From assembly GCA_021730905.1 (NCBI GenBank), contig JAKFYK010000085.1, forward strand, positions 6,884-70,883: 64,000 nucleotides of DNA, written 5' to 3'. The translations under genes were made by a program, and so were the position numbers. Origin of the DNA: Betaproteobacteria bacterium. GTDB lineage: Bacteria > Pseudomonadota > Gammaproteobacteria > Burkholderiales > SG8-41. Under the pieces are notes generated by a model. The model worked only from the letters and a program-made list of their open reading frames with translations, was not told where the DNA came from and did not search any database. Within the stretch, counting starts at the first letter, position 1, and each line of letters begins with the position of its first letter. Positions 10,454-20,041 of this stretch are shown here, piece by piece.

Positions 10454-11911
10454 TCAGGTCTTGTCGCCGCTATTGTCGTTACTTACGGACGACGTGGGCG
10501 TGGAACCTAACTGCTTCACCAAGCGCCACGCCATTACGCCCAGCACCAGCACGCCCAGGCCCAGCACACCCCACAGGCTCCAGCGTTTCCAGTCGATTTG
10601 CTCCTGCAAGCGCGCCTCGCCGCCGAGTTCCTTCTGTGGCTGCGCAGAGGTAGCCTGCACGTTGACGATGGGTTGCGTGCCGGTTTTCGCCGCGCGCACC
10701 GACGCACCCGCGTCTTCGCGATAACCCGGAATCAGCGATTCAATGGGCAGCGCTCCAGCCTGCGCGCCGCGATTGCCGTAGGCCAGCGTGAACGGCGATG
10801 TGCCGCGCGCGGCAAATACCAGTTGATGCGGCACCCAGCCTGCGTTCAACGTGGGCAGGCCGCCGCCCAGACCGCCGCCGCGCTGATCGACGCGGATCAT
10901 CCACCAGCGTTCGGACGACGCGCCCACCTGAATATCGGGGCTCGCCACTTCGCCGCCCGCTTGACGCAGCCGATAGGCCACGCCACGCGCGACACTGCGC
11001 CACGGCTGTTCAACGCTGCCGCGCGCAAGCACCTCGACCTGCACGACGGTGTTCGGCTCGGGCAACTCCAGACGCAGGCGGTCTATGGGAAATTGTCCTT
11101 TTAAATCAAATATATACTCACCAGCCTTTGCATCTGCTTTTGTATTTTGTACCGCGCTGAATTTTGCCCATTCACGCGGCGCTTCGATGAATTTTTCCGC
11201 AAGTTCGCCGCTGGCCGCGGTCATTTCCGGCGCGGCATTTTTCGCGCCCGCACTTGCGTAATCACTCACCCACGCGAGCCGCAGATATTTTGCTTTTTGT
11301 TGCGGCAACTCGACACGTTTTTGCTGCAAGCGCTGGCCGCCGACTTCCAAACTCAGCAGCGGCGCACCCGATGCCAGCGTGCGCCAGTTCGCGAGATCGT
11401 CGCTCGCATCGACGCGCAGCTTGCCGGAAAAACCTTCCGTGGCTTTCCAGTCAAGGTCGAGGGCGCGCAACGCGCGATCCTGTGCACTCATGTCGATAAG
11501 ATAAGCGACCGTTTCCTGCGCCGCGGCCGGTGCGCCGCTGGACTTCACATCCACACTCACCGCGCCGCTCGCGCTGCGACGCACGCTGATCGCCAGCCCG
11601 TCGATGCTCGCACCCGCCGGCGCTTTCAGCGGAAACAGCGTCAGCGGCGTGCTCAATCCTGCATCCACTTTTTCGGTACGGCGGGGACGGAACGCGTGCG
11701 GCACCACTTCCCCCGCACCGTTGAACACGCGCACGTCGCCAAGATCGCGGCGCGTCACACCCTGATAAACCGCCGGCGGCAGTGTCACGTCATACAAGGC
11801 TTCACTGCCGCTGGCTTCGATCTTCAGGCCGTAGGCATAATCCGCGGGCTTTTCGGCGGCAGAGGCAAAACTCACCATCAGAAAACCAGCAATAAGAACA
11901 GACGTTTTCAT
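10454..11911 (-). CDS. DUF3999 family exported protein with C-terminal TM anchor
   Basis: Start ATG 11911 overlaps the upstream stop (ATGA). Signal peptide MKTSVLIAGFLMVSFASA, DLGDVRVFNGAGEVVP, LVFAARG..PFTLAYG, C-terminal LWGVLGLGVLVLGVMAWRL. Confidence 0.8.
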   Translation of the reverse strand: MKTSVLIAGFLMVSFASAAEKPADYAYGLKIEASGSEALYDVTLPPAVYQGVTRRDLGDVRVFNGAGEVVPHAFRPRRTEKVDAGLSTPLTLFPLKAPAGASIDGLAISVRRSASGAVSVDVKSSGAPAAAQETVAYLIDMSAQDRALRALDLDWKATEGFSGKLRVDASDDLANWRTLASGAPLLSLEVGGQRLQQKRVELPQQKAKYLRLAWVSDYASAGAKNAAPEMTAASGELAEKFIEAPREWAKFSAVQNTKADAKAGEYIFDLKGQFPIDRLRLELPEPNTVVQVEVLARGSVEQPWRSVARGVAYRLRQAGGEVASPDIQVGASSERWWMIRVDQRGGGLGGGLPTLNAGWVPHQLVFAARGTSPFTLAYGNRGAQAGALPIESLIPGYREDAGASVRAAKTGTQPIVNVQATSAQPQKELGGEARLQEQIDWKRWSLWGVLGLGVLVLGVMAWRLVKQLGSTPTSSVSNDNSGDKT

Positions 11912-14676
11912 ACGCCCTCCGCAGTTTTTGCTTTCGGCGGCACCGGCGCGAAGTAGCCGATCACCATGCAGAACACGCCGACGCCGATAAATGACACGAT
12001 GCGTTCCACCGTACCGGTATTCGACAAATCCACCAGCGCCAGCTTGCCGATCACCACCGCCAGCAGCACCGCGCCAACAAACCACAACGCGCGCAGGCTG
12101 CGCTTGTTGGCAAAGAACATCGCGCCCAGCGCAAGCAGGCTCCAAAACAGTGAGAACGACGCCTGCACCAGCGTGGAATTCATCATCGCGTTAAAGCGGA
12201 ACGGAACGCCAGCGTAGTGATGCAAGCTGCGCAACAGCACGCCATTCAGTGCGATGAACAGCACGATGCCCAGCAGCGTGAGCGCCGTTGACGTGGCGGG
12301 CAGTTTCGCCCCGGGAATCTCCATGCGCCGCACCAGCAGGTACCACGTTGCCAGCGCCAGCAGTGCGCCGAACTGCGCGAGGTCGAGCGGATTGAGCAGG
12401 GGCACATACGGCAGCGGCGATGGATTGCCGTTGCTGATGAAGTTCGCGATGACGATCCAGCCCAGCAGAAACACCGCCAGCGGCAGCGCACCGAGATACA
12501 GATATCCACGCTGGTGATCACGCACCGGCCAGCCCAGCCAGGCACCGCGCGAGGCAAACAGCGCGATCAAAGCACCTGGCACCACCGCCCATGCGATCAG
12601 CGGCCACACACGCCGGCCTTCGACATAGTGATCGATCTGCCAGCCGAATTCCCACGATGCGACGATCGCCAGCAGCCAGAAACCTGCCGCGTGCCACCAA
12701 TCGGGCCACGTCGCGCGCTCGTATTCATCCGACCGGTGCATGCGCAGCACCGCAAGATGTACCGCAAAAGCGATGATCCAGCCCGTATATCCATAGTACT
12801 GGAACGGGTGGCGCACATTGTCAGTGGCAATGCCCAGCAACGTGCCCGCCATCAGCGGCAGCAGCGCCAGTGCCGCGTAACGCGCTGCGTTCCAGTGGAG
12901 ACGCTTCCACAAGGCCGCAAAGGCCGCGCACGAACCGGCGAAGAAAATCAGTTCGGGATTCCACGCCGCCTTGCCGCTCACATGCCGCTCGATTTCCAGC
13001 ACGCCGCCGCCCAGCCACCACAGCGCACCCCACACAAACAACGCGCGCGTCACCAGTCGTTCGTTTTCACTGACAACATCGTGCCGCCGCTCGGCGTAAA
13101 AGTTGATGAACAATGCGGCGACGCTCACCATCACACAGCCCAGGTAGCTTGCGTTCAATACCGGCAGCAAGTGTTCCGGTTCGGCAAAACGATTGAAATG
13201 TGCGAGAAACGACATTCCGGCCGCGATCTGCAGCAGCATGCCGAACGCGCGCGCCAGCACGCGGTTCTGGCGCACGCCCACCCACACAATGGCCGCGCCT
13301 TCCACTGCCCACACCGCCGAGGTCCAGCGTCCATCCAGCGCCAGCGGCACCGCCAGCGTGGCGAAACCGATGCCGAGTGCGAGGAACGATTCCACCAGCA
13401 ACCGCAACGAGTCGCGTTTTTTCGCGTTGAGCAGGGTGGCCAGCATCAGATACAGCGCGGCCACCGCCAGCGCGCTCCACGCTGCGCCAAATTCCATACC
13501 TTTGACCATCGCACTCTGCATGCCAAAGGCCACCAGCGGCACACCGAAAACGATGGTGCCATCGACGTAGTGCGTGAGTTTCGGCGACTGGCGCAATGCA
13601 AACAATATTGCAATCGCCACATACATCAGAAAAAACAAAATCAGGAAAGGCTCGGTGGTGGAAAAAAACTCGGGCCGGTAGCGATCCGTCCCCCACGCCA
13701 GTCCTATCAACGCGGTAAACGCAAACCCCACCAGATTGAGTTCGCGCCACGCCTTGAACCACGCGATAAACAGAATGCCCGCATTCAGCACCGCATAAAA
13801 ACTGAACAGCGCCACATGACTGCCGCCGCCGGTGGACGCCAGTATCGGCGCGAGAAAACCGCCCGCCGCACCGGTGATCGCCAGCGCTTTGGAATCCTGC
13901 ACGATGGCCAGCAGCGCCGAAAAAAACGCCATGCCTGCCAGCAGAAAAAACGCCAGCTCCGGCGGCACCAGTTTGTAGAGTCGCAGCGCCGCGAACACCG
14001 TGAGATAAAGTATGCCGACACCGCCGCCCTGCAGCATCAATGCGTAGCCCACGCGCTGGTGACGCAAGCGCCAGCCCAGCACCAGCAGCGAGATGCCACC
14101 GAGCGCCACACCCGCCAGCCGCAGTTCTATCGGCACAAAGCCGTGATCGGCGGCGTACTTGAGCAGGAACGACACGCCGATAAACAGCACCAGAATCCCC
14201 ACGCGCACCAGCGTGTTGCCGCCGAAAAAGAAGCTCCATAATGCAGAGGGTTCTTTCGGCTTGGCGGGTACGGCTGGCGCCCGCGCCATTGGCTTGGACA
14301 GTGCGGGCGACGCTGCGGCAGCCGCATCTACCGCAATCGCGGGTTGTTCAGATGCAACGGCAACCGCGACCGGCATCGGTACCTCCGGTAGCGGCGGCAC
14401 GTCGCTCAACACGGGCGCCGCGCCTGAAACCTCACCTCCAGCGGTCTCGGCAGGCGCCGTCTTAACCACCGCACCGCTCTCCAGCGCGTACACCCGCTCG
14501 GTCAGTTTTCCCACGGTCTCTTCAAGCGCGGCGATCCGTGTATCGGCTGCGCTTTTTTTGGACTTGCCCGACAGCAGCCCGCCGACAAATGCGCCTACGA
14601 CGGCGCCTATCACCGCGCCCTCGAAGCGGCCCATCGCCCCGATCACCGCGCCAACAATCATTCCGACGAACCACAT
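11908..14676 (-). CDS. DUF2339 family polytopic membrane protein
   Basis: FFGGNTLVRVGILVLFIGVSFLLKY, LQGGGVGILYLT, C-terminal KLALVDLS...ERIVSFIGVG, more than 20 hydrophobic segments. Confidence 0.88.
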   Translation of the reverse strand: MWFVGMIVGAVIGAMGRFEGAVIGAVVGAFVGGLLSGKSKKSAADTRIAALEETVGKLTERVYALESGAVVKTAPAETAGGEVSGAAPVLSDVPPLPEVPMPVAVAVASEQPAIAVDAAAAASPALSKPMARAPAVPAKPKEPSALWSFFFGGNTLVRVGILVLFIGVSFLLKYAADHGFVPIELRLAGVALGGISLLVLGWRLRHQRVGYALMLQGGGVGILYLTVFAALRLYKLVPPELAFFLLAGMAFFSALLAIVQDSKALAITGAAGGFLAPILASTGGGSHVALFSFYAVLNAGILFIAWFKAWRELNLVGFAFTALIGLAWGTDRYRPEFFSTTEPFLILFFLMYVAIAILFALRQSPKLTHYVDGTIVFGVPLVAFGMQSAMVKGMEFGAAWSALAVAALYLMLATLLNAKKRDSLRLLVESFLALGIGFATLAVPLALDGRWTSAVWAVEGAAIVWVGVRQNRVLARAFGMLLQIAAGMSFLAHFNRFAEPEHLLPVLNASYLGCVMVSVAALFINFYAERRHDVVSENERLVTRALFVWGALWWLGGGVLEIERHVSGKAAWNPELIFFAGSCAAFAALWKRLHWNAARYAALALLPLMAGTLLGIATDNVRHPFQYYGYTGWIIAFAVHLAVLRMHRSDEYERATWPDWWHAAGFWLLAIVASWEFGWQIDHYVEGRRVWPLIAWAVVPGALIALFASRGAWLGWPVRDHQRGYLYLGALPLAVFLLGWIVIANFISNGNPSPLPYVPLLNPLDLAQFGALLALATWYLLVRRMEIPGAKLPATSTALTLLGIVLFIALNGVLLRSLHHYAGVPFRFNAMMNSTLVQASFSLFWSLLALGAMFFANKRSLRALWFVGAVLLAVVIGKLALVDLSNTGTVERIVSFIGVGVFCMVIGYFAPVPPKAKTAEGV

Positions 14677-14707
14677 GGCTATCTCTCCATGTATTTGTTT
14701 TTAAACA

Positions 14708-16600
14708 CTACTTTTCGTCGCCGCGCAAACCGGCCACGATCTGCTGCAAGCCTTCAGGCGTGACCGCTTGCGGCGGCACCGGCACACCCACGCTCATGCC
14801 GATCTTCGCGAACAACCCGAGGCGAAACACACGCGTGACCAGCGATCCGCCCTGCCGTCCAAAAAAACTGCCCCACAACCCGCGCAGCGCAATCGGCACC
14901 ACCGGCACCGGCGTGCGATCGATAATGCGCTTGATGCCGCCGCGGAAAGGATTGATTTCACCGTCACTGGTCACGCGGCCTTCGGGGAAGATGCAGATCA
15001 GATCGCCCTCGGCGAGTCCCTTGGCAATTTCGTCGTAAGCGCGCTCCAGCATCTGCGGGTCTTCCTTCGCCGGCGCGATGGGAATCGAACGCGTCGCGCG
15101 AAAAATAAAACTGAGCAGCGGCGTGTTGAAGCGCTTGTGATCCATCACATAACGCGTCGGCCGGCGGCTGCCCGCCGCAATCACCAATGCATCGATGAAA
15201 GTCGGGTGATTGGCCACCAGCATCGCGGCGCCTTCTTCGGGAATATTGTCGAGTCCCTGTTTTTCCAGCCGATACACAGAATGAATCAGCAGCCACACCA
15301 GAAAGCGCATCAGGAATTCCGGCACCAGCTTGTAGATATAAAGCGCGACCAGTGCGTTGAGCAACCCGGTAAGCAAAAACAACTGCGGAATGCTCATGCC
15401 GAAACTCAAACCGAGTATCGCCACGCCTGCCGCGGCCACCATGAACAACGCGTTCATGATGTTATTGCCCGCGATGACGCGTGCCTGATGGCTGGGATCG
15501 CTGCGGCTCTGGATCAGCGCGTACAGCGGCACGATATAAAAGCCACCGAAGATGCCGATCATCAGCAGGTCAAACAGCACGCGCCAACTGCCGGCCTGCT
15601 GCAGGAATGCCATTGCTCCCAATGGTGCCGCGTGGCTGCCCGCGGGACTCGCAAAGAAAAGATCCACCGCGAATATCGTCAGGCCTATCGAGCCGAACGG
15701 CACCAGGCCGATTTCGATCTTGTGCCCGGACAATTTTTCGCACAGCAGGGAGCCGAGACCGATGCCCACGCTGAACACCGCCAGCAGCATCGTCACCACA
15801 TGCTCGCTGCCGCCAAGCACGTCCTTGGTGTAATTCGGGAACTGCGACAAAAACATCGCGCCGTAAAACCAGAACCACGAAATGCCGAGAATCGACAGAA
15901 ACACCGTGCGATTGGTGCGCAGGAATTTAAGATTCGCCCACGTTTCAGTGAGCGGATTCCAGTTGATTTTCAGCTCTGGCGACGGCGCCGGTGACAGCGG
16001 CACGCTGCGGCTCACCCAGTAACCGAGCACTGCAATCACGATGGCGGTCGCCGATACCCACATCGAGCCGGAAGGTTGCATACCAATCAGCGTGCCGCCG
16101 AGTATCGTGCCAAGCAGAATGGCGATAAATGTTCCGGCATCGATCAGGCCGTTGCCACCGACGAGTTCTTCCTTCTTCAGATGCTGCGGCAGATAGGCGT
16201 ATTTCACCGGACCGAACATCGTCGAATGCATGCCCATCATGAACAACGCGATCAGCAGCAACTCCAGATTGAGCCAGTAAAAACCCAGCGCGCCGACGAT
16301 CATGATGACGATCTCGAAGATTTTCACCAGCCGCGTGAGCAACGCTTTTTCGTATTTGTCGGCGAGTTGCCCCGCGGTCGCCGAAAACAAAAAGAACGGC
16401 AGAATGAACAACCCGGCACACAGATTCACCAGCAGCCCCGAACTCATCGTGGTCATGCTCGCCGCCTGAAAGGTGAGCATGATCACCAGCGCGTTCTTGT
16501 ACACGTTGTCGTTGAACGCGCCGAGAAACTGCACCCCGAAAAACGGCCCGAAGCGGCGCTGTTTCAGCAGGTCAAACTGGTTGGGTTGCGACATGCCCAC
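14708..16600 (-). CDS. MFS transporter fused to a PlsC-type acyltransferase (LplT/Aas-like)
   Basis: N-terminal QFLGAFNDNVYKNAL MFS region. C-terminal NHPTFID (HxxxxD) and IFPEG acyltransferase motifs. Confidence 0.9.
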   Translation of the reverse strand: MGMSQPNQFDLLKQRRFGPFFGVQFLGAFNDNVYKNALVIMLTFQAASMTTMSSGLLVNLCAGLFILPFFLFSATAGQLADKYEKALLTRLVKIFEIVIMIVGALGFYWLNLELLLIALFMMGMHSTMFGPVKYAYLPQHLKKEELVGGNGLIDAGTFIAILLGTILGGTLIGMQPSGSMWVSATAIVIAVLGYWVSRSVPLSPAPSPELKINWNPLTETWANLKFLRTNRTVFLSILGISWFWFYGAMFLSQFPNYTKDVLGGSEHVVTMLLAVFSVGIGLGSLLCEKLSGHKIEIGLVPFGSIGLTIFAVDLFFASPAGSHAAPLGAMAFLQQAGSWRVLFDLLMIGIFGGFYIVPLYALIQSRSDPSHQARVIAGNNIMNALFMVAAAGVAILGLSFGMSIPQLFLLTGLLNALVALYIYKLVPEFLMRFLVWLLIHSVYRLEKQGLDNIPEEGAAMLVANHPTFIDALVIAAGSRRPTRYVMDHKRFNTPLLSFIFRATRSIPIAPAKEDPQMLERAYDEIAKGLAEGDLICIFPEGRVTSDGEINPFRGGIKRIIDRTPVPVVPIALRGLWGSFFGRQGGSLVTRVFRLGLFAKIGMSVGVPVPPQAVTPEGLQQIVAGLRGDEK

Positions 16601-16630
16601 TCCCTTGCCTATTTTTATAAGTATTTGTTT

Positions 16631-18391
16631 TTAATATAACTTAACGGCGGCCTCGCGCGCACGGCGCTTGCGTATCGAGCGTATCGACAACACGCCCGCG
16701 ATGGCCACAAACCCGCCCAATGCCGGCGCCCACGGCGGGGTTTGCCGGTCCGTCAGCGTATCGGGTTCGATCAGTTCCCGCGGAAACGGCCGTGCATCCA
16801 CCGGCACGATTTTCCATTGCGATTTGTCTTCCGGCACGCGCTTCATGTATTCATCGATCGACGCCACCGGAAACGATCCGAATGCGCGGCTCGACGGAAT
16901 CTGCGGGATACGCACGAACACCAGCGCCTCAAGGTCTTCGCGCAGCAAGTTTTCCAATACGCCGGCACTCGTGCTCCCTCCCGCACTATTAATCACTCCC
17001 GCAATGCGCAATAAATCACGACCTGCCGCATCGTAAGCCACAGCAGGATACAAGCGTGTCTGCTCCTCGATGAGGTAGTCATACGCTTGCTTGCCGCTTT
17101 CGAAGCTCATGTCTGCAATCGATTTATAGGGATATGCCGCCACCGCCCTCACCACGCCAGTCGGTCCCTGCATGGGTATGTTCCAGCCCAGTGCGCGCAG
17201 CGTGTCCATGCTGATGCCGGCGCAGTTGGCGCTGGCGTGACGATACTCGAAATCGTGCCGGTAGAAGTGATGATACACACGCGAAATCGCGCCTTGATAG
17301 GCATAAGCCGCGCGGTCGTTTTTCAGCACCGCCACCAGCATATACGACGGACGGTACCACGACTGACCGCTGTTCAGATCCGTCATGTAATTGTCCATCG
17401 GCAGCATAGCGCCGGTGATGCCCTTCTCGCTGAACGAACCGAGGTTGTAGAAGTTATTCACCATCCAGTCGGCCATGTCGCTGCCTTTGCCGTGGCGCCC
17501 AGTGGCAATGGCGAAATGCCCGCCGTGCGCTTCGTCGTCATCGCCTTGAGCGCCGTTCAGCATGATGCCCATCACGGCGCGCCCCGACCAATCACGTGCG
17601 CTGCTGTCAGAGGCGCCCGAAGATTTTTCCCACAGCAGCCGCGTTTCAAAACGCTCATCCCTGGCATTGGCGTGCGTTCGCACCAGGCCGAGCAACGACT
17701 CGCCGGCTTGCAGCGGCTGCAGCTTAATCTGTTTTTCATCGATCACCCAGTCTTGCGGCCACATCGTGCGCGCAACGAAAGTATCCTGCTGCATCTCGCC
17801 GCGCATGCGCACAGGCCGCTGTAGAAAGAAAGCCTTGCTGCTGTCGTCGTAATAAGACAGATTGGTGTTGATTTTGGGCGTCACCCTGAACGGCATACTT
17901 GCACCGTCGCCCAGCGCTATGGCGTCACCGCCTGCGGAAAGCCTGGCATCCTTGGCCAGACTCGGTGCACCGATCCACAACATCTGCGGACGCGCCTGCT
18001 GTTCGTCCCCCGTTGCGCCGGCATGCCAGCGCCTGACGTCTTCCTGGGCGGCTACACCTCTGGAAAACCCGGCCATTTTGACGCCCGCCGCCGGCACCGC
18101 AACCAGATCATCGCGAAAATACCAAAGTGCCTGTTTCGGCGTCAGGCAATCGCTGCACGCGCCTTGGGTAATCCTGAAGTCCGAGCCTGGATACAAACCC
18201 AACACGGTAGCCGTCGCCGGGATTATCCTGGGCGCTGATGGCGTGGATTCCTGCCCGCGCGCGACGCCCGTGCCGATGAACAAACCCGCCACGACTGCCG
18301 CGAGTATCGCGGTGAGAATTCGTTGCAACATTATTCTTATGCCCTCCCGCCAGGCTGATGCGAAACGATACACCAAAAGGAGGCGGCTCAC
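16631..18391 (-). CDS. Hypothetical exported protein, putative permuted papain-like (NlpC/P60 superfamily) enzyme with C-terminal TM and basic tail
   Basis: Signal peptide (alternative start ATG 18331 with GGAGG upstream), CSDC, GDDDEAHGGHFAIA, FEYRHASANCAGIS, tail PPWAPALGGFVAIAGVLSIRSIRKRR. The fold call is inference. Confidence 0.65.
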   Translation of the reverse strand: MSRLLLVYRFASAWREGIRIMLQRILTAILAAVVAGLFIGTGVARGQESTPSAPRIIPATATVLGLYPGSDFRITQGACSDCLTPKQALWYFRDDLVAVPAAGVKMAGFSRGVAAQEDVRRWHAGATGDEQQARPQMLWIGAPSLAKDARLSAGGDAIALGDGASMPFRVTPKINTNLSYYDDSSKAFFLQRPVRMRGEMQQDTFVARTMWPQDWVIDEKQIKLQPLQAGESLLGLVRTHANARDERFETRLLWEKSSGASDSSARDWSGRAVMGIMLNGAQGDDDEAHGGHFAIATGRHGKGSDMADWMVNNFYNLGSFSEKGITGAMLPMDNYMTDLNSGQSWYRPSYMLVAVLKNDRAAYAYQGAISRVYHHFYRHDFEYRHASANCAGISMDTLRALGWNIPMQGPTGVVRAVAAYPYKSIADMSFESGKQAYDYLIEEQTRLYPAVAYDAAGRDLLRIAGVINSAGGSTSAGVLENLLREDLEALVFVRIPQIPSSRAFGSFPVASIDEYMKRVPEDKSQWKIVPVDARPFPRELIEPDTLTDRQTPPWAPALGGFVAIAGVLSIRSIRKRRAREAAVKLY

Positions 18392-19185
18392 GGCAACCTC
18401 ACAATCTGGCGTTGTGCCGCAGCGTCCGCGCGTTCCACGAAACGAATGACGGACTCCACCGTCACCGTGTGATAGCGCCCCGCCTGCATCTCGTCGTTCG
18501 AGTGATCTCCGAAATACACATTGGCCGCAAACAGCCTTGCGCCGATGCGTTCAAATGGCGCGATGCGGATTTCGGTAGGTGTGTAATCCTGCGCGCGCAA
18601 CCAGCGCTGCGCCTGCGCGCGGTTGCTCACCTCGCCAGGCGGCGCCATGGCGGCAGCAAGCTGTTCAAGCACCCATTGGTTCGAATTCTGATGACGCGTC
18701 GAATACGGATGAGCAATCAGACTGTAGCTGCGCTCATGCAGGGCCAACGGCACCGGCGTCGCCGCGACTGCCAGCAGCCACGCCTGCAATGCCGGCGCAG
18801 GCGTGACAATGATGGCTTCAAACGCGAACACGTCATCGAGAAAGAAATTGCCCAGCCCTTCGTCGAATAACGACGATGTGGCTGTACCGCATTGATTGAG
18901 CATATGGGTAAGATGCCAGCGCCCCTTGGGATGGTCGCGCAGCGCCAACGCCATATGCGAGTAACGCAGGCCGTGACGCGACATGTCACGGCCAACGCGG
19001 CCGACCAGCGCCACTTCCGCATCGCTGGCATCAAGCGCCCCGCGGGTACGCAGGGCGAGTTGTAACGCTTTTTGCACGGTGACGGCATCGGGCTGGATTT
19101 CCTGACAGCTACGCCCGGCATGCGCGGGCGTGCCCATAGTCATCACAACCAGCAGCGCTGCGGAAGCGTATCGAATCGTGCGCAT
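18388..19185 (-). CDS. DUF2145 family exported protein
   Basis: Signal peptide ending AHA, then GRSC, GRVGRDMSRHGLRYSHMALA, LNQCG, GLGNFFLDD, YSLIAHPYSTRHQNSNQWVLE. AAGGAG RBS. Confidence 0.85.
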   Translation of the reverse strand: MRTIRYASAALLVVMTMGTPAHAGRSCQEIQPDAVTVQKALQLALRTRGALDASDAEVALVGRVGRDMSRHGLRYSHMALALRDHPKGRWHLTHMLNQCGTATSSLFDEGLGNFFLDDVFAFEAIIVTPAPALQAWLLAVAATPVPLALHERSYSLIAHPYSTRHQNSNQWVLEQLAAAMAPPGEVSNRAQAQRWLRAQDYTPTEIRIAPFERIGARLFAANVYFGDHSNDEMQAGRYHTVTVESVIRFVERADAAAQRQIVRLP

Positions 19186-19196
19186 GTTGCGGCTCC

Positions 19197-19634
19197 TTAG
19201 CGGCTGTAGTTTGATTGGTGCAGCAGCGATTGACCGATCTCGTTCGGTATGAACGCAATGGCCTTGCCCGATGCCATGAGCACATAACCGACGCCGGTGG
19301 CCGACGCCTGAAGCGCGCTGCCGACCGCCACCGATGCCGCCGCGGCGCCGTTGACGAGCACCGTAGCTATCTCGCTACTGGCGTCGCCGGCGTTTTTCAC
19401 CACCACCGAAACGCCGCGCGCAGATTGTTCGACGCCGACAACGATCAGTTCGCCGCCCGCCACCAGCACGCCCACGCTGCCGGAAACCACCACCCCGGAA
19501 GCGGCGGACAGATGGTCGGATGCACGCGCGCTTGCGGTGCTGTCGGCGGCGCGCGCCACGGAGATGGTGGGCGCCGACAGCACGCCTAATGAAGCGCTCA
19601 GCGCCAGCGCGATCATTTTGGATTTAAGTTTCAT
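19197..19634 (-). CDS. Hypothetical small exported Ala/Ser/Val-rich protein (145 aa)
   Basis: ATG 19634 with AAAGGAG RBS, signal peptide, C-terminal GYVLMASGKAIAFIPNEIGQSLLH. Confidence 0.75.
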   Translation of the reverse strand: MKLKSKMIALALSASLGVLSAPTISVARAADSTASARASDHLSAASGVVVSGSVGVLVAGGELIVVGVEQSARGVSVVVKNAGDASSEIATVLVNGAAAASVAVGSALQASATGVGYVLMASGKAIAFIPNEIGQSLLHQSNYSR

Positions 19635-19687
19635 GTTTGCCGCTCCTTTCAGGTTTAAGTAAAAGACCAAACTGCTATCACCGATAA

Positions 19688-19722
19688 AACTATATAACCA
19701 ATTATTTAGTTATATTGATCAA
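19688..19722 (-). promoter_or_regulatory. Promoter/operator copy 2 (palindrome ATATAAC-N10-GTTATAT) upstream of the DUF2145 operon
   Basis: aactatataaccaattatttagttatattgatcaa, 29/35 identical to 20042-20076. TTGATC is -35-like on the minus strand. Confidence 0.75.
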
Positions 19723-19729
19723 AAAAATA

Positions 19730-20041
19730 TCAGACGTTATTGCGAATGTGGCCCAGCACGATTTCCATCGCCTCGATCAAAAAGTCTTTCGCGATCCAGA
19801 AATAAACTTCCTTGCCTTCTTTCACGCTTTCCAGCACGCCCGCCTCGCGCAGAATTTTCAAATGATGCGACACCGCCGAGCGCGACAGCGTCGCCACCTC
19901 GACTATCTGTCCGACATTCAAGCGCTCGCCCGGCTCAAACGTGAGCAGGATGCGTTGCCGGTGTTCGTCGCCCAGCGCGGTGAACACCTTGGAAATATTG
20001 CGCCACTCCTTGGGGATGGCTCGCATGTAGTCCTTATTCAT
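19730..20041 (-). CDS. ArsR/SmtB family transcriptional regulator (no cysteines)
   Basis: FTALGDEHRQRIL, LSRSAVSHHLKILREAGVL, KEGKEVYF winged HTH. Confidence 0.92.
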   Translation of the reverse strand: MNKDYMRAIPKEWRNISKVFTALGDEHRQRILLTFEPGERLNVGQIVEVATLSRSAVSHHLKILREAGVLESVKEGKEVYFWIAKDFLIEAMEIVLGHIRNNV

